Shown piece after piece: positions 54,735 through 64,000 of a stretch of DNA of 64,000 nucleotides. The translations under genes and the position numbers were made by a program. The notes beneath the pieces are model-generated. The model was not told where the DNA came from, searched no databases, and worked only from the letters and a program-made list of their open reading frames with translations. The DNA comes from Eledone cirrhosa. Its lineage: Eukaryota. Location of the stretch: assembly GCA_964016885.1 (NCBI GenBank), contig OZ024741.1:1178001-1242000 (forward strand). The letters run 5' to 3'. Position 1 is the first letter of the stretch. Each line of letters starts with the position of its first letter.

Positions 54735-56100
54735 CACATACAGACAAATAGAGACACTCATACACACACAGACACACATACAGACACTCATACACCCACA
54801 CATACACACACACATACACTCATACAGACACTCATACACACACATACAGACACTCATACAGACACTCATACACACAGACACTCATACAGACACTCATACA
54901 CACACATACATACACTCATAGACACTCACACACACATATACAGACACTCATACACACACAGACATACAGACACTCATACACACACACACACACACACACA
55001 CATAAACATACTCATACACACACACACACAGACATACAGACACTCATACAGACACATATTCACACACATACAGACACTCATACACACACATACATACAGA
55101 CACTCATACACACACACACTTACACAGACACTCATACACACACATACATACAGACACTCATACACACACACAGATATACAGACACTCTTACACACACTCA
55201 TACACACACATACAGACACTCACACACACTCACACACATACATACATACAGACACTGATACACACACACATACAGACACTGATACACACGCACATACAGA
55301 CACTGATACACACGCACACAGACACACATACAGACACTCATACACACACACACACACATACACACACATAGACACACATACAGACACTCATACACACACA
55401 CACATACACATACACACACAGACACACATACATACACTCATACACACACACATACACATACACATACACACACAGACACACATACAGACACTCATACGCA
55501 CACACACACACATACACACACAGACACACATACAGACACTCATACACACACACACATACACATACACACTCACACACATACACACAGACATACAGACACT
55601 CACAACACCCATACACATAGACATACAGATACTCACACACACACATACACACAGACATACATACACTCACACACACGCATACATACATACAGACACTCAT
55701 ACACACATACATACAGACACTGATACACACACACACAGACACACATACAAACACTCATACACACACACACATAGACACACATACGGACACTCATACACAC
55801 ACACACACACACACACATAGACACACATACAGACACTCATACACACACACACACATACACACACATACACACATACAGACACTCATACACACACACATAC
55901 ACATACACACTCACACACATACACACAGACATACAGACACTCACACACACACATACACATACACTCATAGACACACATACAGACAGTCATACACACACAC
56001 ACATACATACACTCATACACACACACATACAGACACTCATACACACACACAGACATACAGACACTCATACACACACACACATACACACACAAAAATACAC
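54735..56100. repeat. CA-rich compound microsatellite
   Basis: (CA)n interspersed with CAGACACTCATA; source of the HT/CV ORFs. Confidence 0.95.
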
Positions 56101-56569
56101 ACACACTTAAACGCGCACACATACACACACAAACAAAAACACACTAACACACAAATACATACACAAACACACGCACATCCATACATGCACATATAAGCAT
56201 TCATACAGACAGACACATGACCTGCAATCCCACACTCACGCATACACACTAAAACCCACACTTTCATACACACAAGCATTCATCCCGTATGTGGTCACGC
56301 TACATGCGAGAAATAGCAGCCAAACATCTTTCAAATAAACCCTACAATCTTTGTATAGGAAAGACATTGAAAATGGAATGACTTTGATCATAGCGATCCT
56401 GGACTAAGGCTGACCTGTGGTTAAATAACCACACTAACTCAAACAATGCTGTAAACATTATCTGGTCATTTCGTCTGAAGAACTTCTCAAAACTATAGAA
56501 AATATGTTCTTTAGCTTACAGTGTTATTTATGCATCAGTTAAAAATGCACTCAATACGTGTTTGAAAGT

Positions 56570-56965
56570 GACGCCCGAGCGAGTATCCTCCACTGCGCCC
56601 CTGGCCGACGGCGGGGGAGATGCGTTGGAACAGCCACTTCACTTTGTGGAGCACGCACCTGCAGACAGTCAGCTCCGCTCCCATAGCAGTAAGTAGAGAT
56701 GTGGTCCTGGGGACAAGATTGAAGCCTCCACTACTACAGGCTCTACCACAAACCTATCCGTGAGCGACCGATATTTGGACAGTTTTCTCTCTTCGGCTTC
56801 GTGGGCAGCAGAACATGGGCTGGTAGCTGAACGAACCTGGTTACCACTTGAGTAGGTGTCACAGAATGTGGAATCCCAAATGAGAGGCCTACCTCCGCGG
56901 AACGGGAAGAGTGTCATGCCACCTGGGTTTTTGCCGTCCCTCCAGTCCAACCCTGATGACTTGAG
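56570..56965 (-). pseudogene. CRE-like LINE restriction-like endonuclease 3' fragment
   Basis: DGKNPGGMTLFPFRGGRPLIWDSTFCDT..AAHEAEERKLSKY..EPVVVE, then WLFQRIS after a frameshift. Confidence 0.75.
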
Positions 56966-57994
56966 CTGGGAAGGGAAGGCCTGTGCTGTCAAGGTCATAC
57001 ATTATATGGTGTTAAGTTTAAAGGTAGTGGATTTGCAGAATCGTTAGAGCGTCGGACAAATACTTTGTTCTATATGTTCCAGCTATTTTACATTCTGAGT
57101 TCAAATCTGAGCGAGGTCAAGTTTGCCTTTCATCCTTAAGGGATCCATAAATTATTGTTTCCAGTCAATTACTGCGGCTCAACGTTTCACTTCCCCTAAA
57201 TTAGAAACCATCTTGGAGTATTAAATCCCCGTATCAAGTGGGGTGCTATAAGGTAATCCAGTAATACATAATATTTTTTATTGTTAGAGCTTAACTTTGT
57301 CTCTTTAGGAGGGACGCTTTATTTTGGTCAAATAGTCGCAAATGAACACGAGAGCCCCCCCCCCCCCCCCCGTAGCACTCCTGTAGTGGAAACTACTTGG
57401 CAAGGAAGTCCTGCATGTGTAGGGTCGCCTAATCGGAAGAGCTCAAGGCTCACCGAGAGACTAATAAGCTCAAAACGACCCTGGGTTGCCCGGGTCCGTT
57501 ATGAAATATCACCCGACATGAATAAATAATATTATATATATTTAGAGATACACTGGGATAATTGCTGGCCTTGTGCCAAATGTAGAAACAATTATATATA
57601 TTTAAAGATAATTAGAGAATGATATAGTTTATATATTTAGGCATTACTGTATGTAGGCGACGAAGAGGTAGAGACGTTAGATCGCCGGATACAATGATTC
57701 AGAGTATTCTCCTGTCTCTCTGAGTTCAATTCCTGCCGCGGTCAACTTTACCTTTCATTCAATCAAGGTCAATAAAAATACTGGGGTCGATTCCTCTTAT
57801 AAATTTCTTTCTTACTTTCACTCTCTCACTTTCTCTCTTTCTCTGGAAGAAATCTGCTGTATTCAGACCTAGAGGTGATTGGACTCCGCCAGGTTTTTAA
57901 AAGGTGCCTTGGGAACAGCTTCTGTTAATACAGCGCCTCGCCGACATCATCGGCCTTACGGGACCATGCATATAGTTAAGTATGTGTATGTAGT

Positions 57995-58344
<350 letters not shown>

Positions 58345-58351
58345 ATATATG

Positions 58352-58425
<74 letters not shown>

Positions 58426-58924
58426 AGTGTGTGTGTGTGTGTATGTGTGTATAATACATTAAAAATATAACAAATGGCAAGTAGTTCCTTTTTAGAACAA
58501 GTGAGTGTAAAATGCGGGTTCGAATCATGAAGAAATCCTGCTGTGATTCGAAAGGGTCAAAATGTAGAACACACCCGATAAGGGATGGTATTCGGTGGCA
58601 TTTAGAGGTAAAGCATGCCCTAATTATTCTGTAAGGTCAGGAATTTCTATAAGCGAAAAACCCAACCTGGATTCCAATCCTACGCCAAAATCGTCAACAG
58701 AGTCATAAGACATGGGATGGGTGAGATGAAAAAAAATGAAAATGAAAATATGCTAAGCAGCTTTATTCATATAATATATAAGAATATTTTCGAAACAGCG
58801 AGTGGGTTTGAAATTATTATAAATGTAAGCTATCGCCGTATTTTGACTACAGAAATTAAAGAAATTATTTAGCCTGATAGTGGGATTAAGAACCCTCGGA
58901 GAAATGGAAAAAGATGAGTATTGA

Positions 58925-58982
<58 letters not shown>

Positions 58983-59256
58983 CATTAGAATATATGATAA
59001 ACACAAAACGTGTTTGCATTGCAACAGACAGTCAGCTATTAATGAAATAAACTAATTAAAGTGAATACAATTTGTCTGTCTCGATATAAGTCAATAAAGA
59101 CAATCTTATATTGGCAACTGCCATGATTCCTGGACAGATTTAAATTTCAAAATCCAAACCTGTTCTGTAGACGAATTTGAACCTGCTCGGAAATGACCCT
59201 TTCCTGGAGCTTAATTATTGTAAAGGACTGAGAGCTTATTCTCAAAATATTATATA

Positions 59257-59332
<76 letters not shown>

Positions 59333-59337
59333 TAATA

Positions 59338-59578
59338 ATAGTCAAAGAGTGCAGAATAACATGGTCGGCTGTACAGAAAGGGTTTTATTTACAGTATTGA
59401 CAATTGTTTCATTGATCAGGTGAGTCTAGAGGCCGCTGATCACTTAAAAATGCGTCACTCGATCTTAAATACAATACGAGTGTTTAGCGGTCTTTAGAAC
59501 AACCTGATCAATGAAACAGTTGTTATTACTGTAAATAAAACCCTTTTTGTACAGCCGACCATGTTATTCTTCACTCTT

Positions 59579-59585
<7 letters not shown>
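59338..59585. repeat. Imperfect fold-back element between microsatellites
   Basis: ~100-bp arms (GAATAACATGGTCGGCTGTACA / TGTACAGCCGACCATGTTATTC); contains a GAAACA(A/G)TTGT hammerhead-like 3' half. Confidence 0.8.
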
Positions 59586-59626
<41 letters not shown>

Positions 59627-59631
<5 letters not shown>

Positions 59632-60160
59632 ATACTTTGGGAGGGTCGTGTTGCCAATAAGAAACACACGCAGCAGTTGCTTTCACTTCAATTTATAATA
59701 ATAAATTTATAAATTTAAGAATTTATAAATTTCCGGTTGGTTGGTTGGTTCCACAACCAGATGATTGTTTATATATTGTCAAAGTTCTTTCGTCACACAT
59801 TCTGTGACCTCTTCAGTGACTGAGGATTCTTTTCTTTGTTTTTGTGCCTCTCCTTCGTTCTGTCCTACGCCATCTTCAAGATGGACGGAACAAAGGAGAG
59901 GCACAAAAACAAAGAAAAGAATCCCCAGTCACTGAAGAGGCCAGAGAATGTGTGACGAAAGAACTTTGACAATATATAAACAACTATCTGGTTGTGGAAC
60001 CAACCAACCGGAAATTTATAAATTTATTATAATAAATTGAAATGAAAGCAACTGGTGCGTGTGTTTCTTATTGGCAACATGACTCCCGCAAAGTATAACA
60101 ATATCGGTTTCAATATACGTTTTCAGATAAAGAATCTTGCTAAACAAATTCAGAAACGAA
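59627..60160. mobile_element. Non-coding fold-back derivative of PLE-1 with two hammerheads (59778-59820 minus, 59928-59970 plus)
   Basis: Both ends coincide with PLE-1 ends (3139 and 8055); apex CCATCTTCAAGATGG; (TA)n flanks. Confidence 0.9.
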
Positions 60161-60439
60161 ATATATATATATATATATATATACATTAATGTTCAAGCTA
60201 ATCAAGTAGGGTTTATAACTATTTTAGAACTTGAAGTAGTGTTGATGTGAATCGGCCATCGAAGGGAAATTCTGATTGTGTGGAAAGATGGATACCTTAT
60301 TTATCTATTGTTGAGTGGTGAAATACTGACTAATATATGGCGGTGCCCCAGCATGGCCTCAACCTCTCGACTGGAACACGTAATAGAGTAATAGAGTAAT
60401 ACACGGAGTTGCATCAGCTCATCGAATATTTTCCCCCTG

Positions 60440-62615
<2,176 letters not shown>

Positions 62616-62874
62616 CGGCGATGAATTAGTTTGCGACGTTTTTGATATGAAATCGTGTGTCGAAACAAATATTGTTATACTTGGGGAGGGTCATATTTGT
62701 GTAATATTGCCAGAATTAATAACAGAATACACTCACTCTTTGGTTGGTTTTCGCTTTTCGCTTCTGTGTCTTTTATATCGGTAATCTAATTTATTCGGTC
62801 CTCAATGTTGCCATTGACTGACCAACGGTCAAAAATACAGATACAATATAGACACAAACACATATATATAGTTT

Positions 62875-62916
62875 ATCAAAGTTCTTTCGTTGCACATCTG
62901 CAACATCGTCAGTGGT
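62875..62916 (-). ncRNA. Minimal type I hammerhead in the PLE-3 terminus
   Basis: ACCA-CTGACGA-T-GTTGCA gatg TGCAAC-GAAA-GAAC-TT-TGAT; stem II covaries with the PLE-1 motif (GTCACA/TGTGAC). Confidence 0.7.
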
Positions 62917-63207
62917 GCTATTGTTTCCTCCCGTTGCATTGTATTTTCTACGCCATCTTTATTTAGTCTGTTTATATATTTATTTGTTTATTTTATTTTG
63001 TCTTCTTTGCGCATGCGTTTGCGTGTGTGTATAGTGTTTTGTTTGATGTGTGTTCGTGATTGGGTGACTGTGTATTGGTTAACGTATTCTATCTTTACTA
63101 GTGTGTGTTTATATGTGTTTGTTCTTATTGTGCTTGTGTATGTATTTATCTATTTATTTATCTATTTATTTATTTATTTATTTATACTTCTCTTAGGTCA
63201 GTGTTGT

Positions 63208-63996
63208 TTATTTGGGTGTTGTTGTTATTCCATTCATTTTTCTGTTTAGCCTTGGCCTTCTAAGTTCTATTTCACTGGCCTCTCTGATTTGCCTATCTGC
63301 TGGGTCATTTCTATGTTTAGATATTATTCTAATTTCTATGTTGTCTATGTTACCGTCGTGTTGTTGTCTGGCATGTCCGTATAGTACTGAACCGTTTTTT
63401 CGTCCTTTTAGTTCCCCCCAGTGTTGGTCTATCCTTTCACCTATGCTACGAGCTGTCTCACCTATGTATGTTGTTGTCATGTTTCTGCAAGTACCCTCTG
63501 TACATCTTATGCTATAGACTACGTTTCTAGTTTTACAGTTTATCCGGGAGTTTACTTTACATATGATACATTTCCTATTAGTACAGTGGGTTTTCTTAAA
63601 AGGGTAGGTTTTGCTGATCAGGGATTTGATGGTGGTTCCTGGCTTTTCTACCACCTTAATCTTTAAGTGAGTCTTTCTCAGGGCCTTTCTACACTGGTTA
63701 GCTAATTTCCCTCCAGGGGTAGCGTCCGCAAACATGACACTCTGGTATCTCTGGTTGTCGTACCATGAGGTGGCTTTCCCTATCTTATGTCTAGCCCTAT
63801 CTAAGTTATTCCATGATTTGCTCCTGTATAATGGGCAAATTCCTTTCATGTCAAGTTCTATGTGGGTCTTATACTTCTCCGTGGCTCCTTCGTATTCTCT
63901 GATTCTGTCTCTTTGGTTGTAGCCATAGAACTGCATGCGGTTGATGAAGTGTTGGATGTGTCTTTCCATTTCTGTTGGGTCGCACATGCGGGACAC
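63208..63996 (-). CDS. PLE-3 thumb/linker/GIY-YIG endonuclease (partial)
   Basis: 262-aa ORF colinear with PLE-1: CKTRNVVYSIRC..YIGETARSIGERI. Confidence 0.88.
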   Translation of the reverse strand: MSRMCDPTEMERHIQHFINRMQFYGYNQRDRIREYEGATEKYKTHIELDMKGICPLYRSKSWNNLDRARHKIGKATSWYDNQRYQSVMFADATPGGKLANQCRKALRKTHLKIKVVEKPGTTIKSLISKTYPFKKTHCTNRKCIICKVNSRINCKTRNVVYSIRCTEGTCRNMTTTYIGETARSIGERIDQHWGELKGRKNGSVLYGHARQQHDGNIDNIEIRIISKHRNDPADRQIREASEIELRRPRLNRKMNGITTTPK

Positions 63997-64000
63997 GTTC

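Noticed and set aside
57440-57492. Hammerhead-like CGGAAGA..AAAA-CGACCC/GGGTTG
   Set aside because: Several core positions are altered and stem I is absent

Overview
Repeat-saturated eukaryotic DNA with no recognisable host gene. The SINE types and the (TA)n density suggest a cephalopod such as Octopus (inference). The window holds several Penelope-like retroelement (PLE) families (RT plus GIY-YIG), RTE, L1/Tx1-like and CRE-like LINE pieces, two non-autonomous Helitrons, tRNA-derived SINEs, a 31-bp minisatellite and many microsatellites. The main signal is a recurring architecture shared by about five sequence-distinct PLE-terminus families, at sizes from about 120 bp to 5.4 kb. Each is an asymmetric inverted (fold-back) insertion in (TA)n: one arm carries a 60-150 nt extra tail, and the other stops at a fixed internal TAT/ATAT. 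These termini carry type I hammerhead ribozyme folds. Three distinct families use a compensated UUGAnAA (U3-A8) core, and some have very long stem-II loops that standard motif searches would probably miss. All folds and alignments were done by eye, so coordinates may be off by a few bases.
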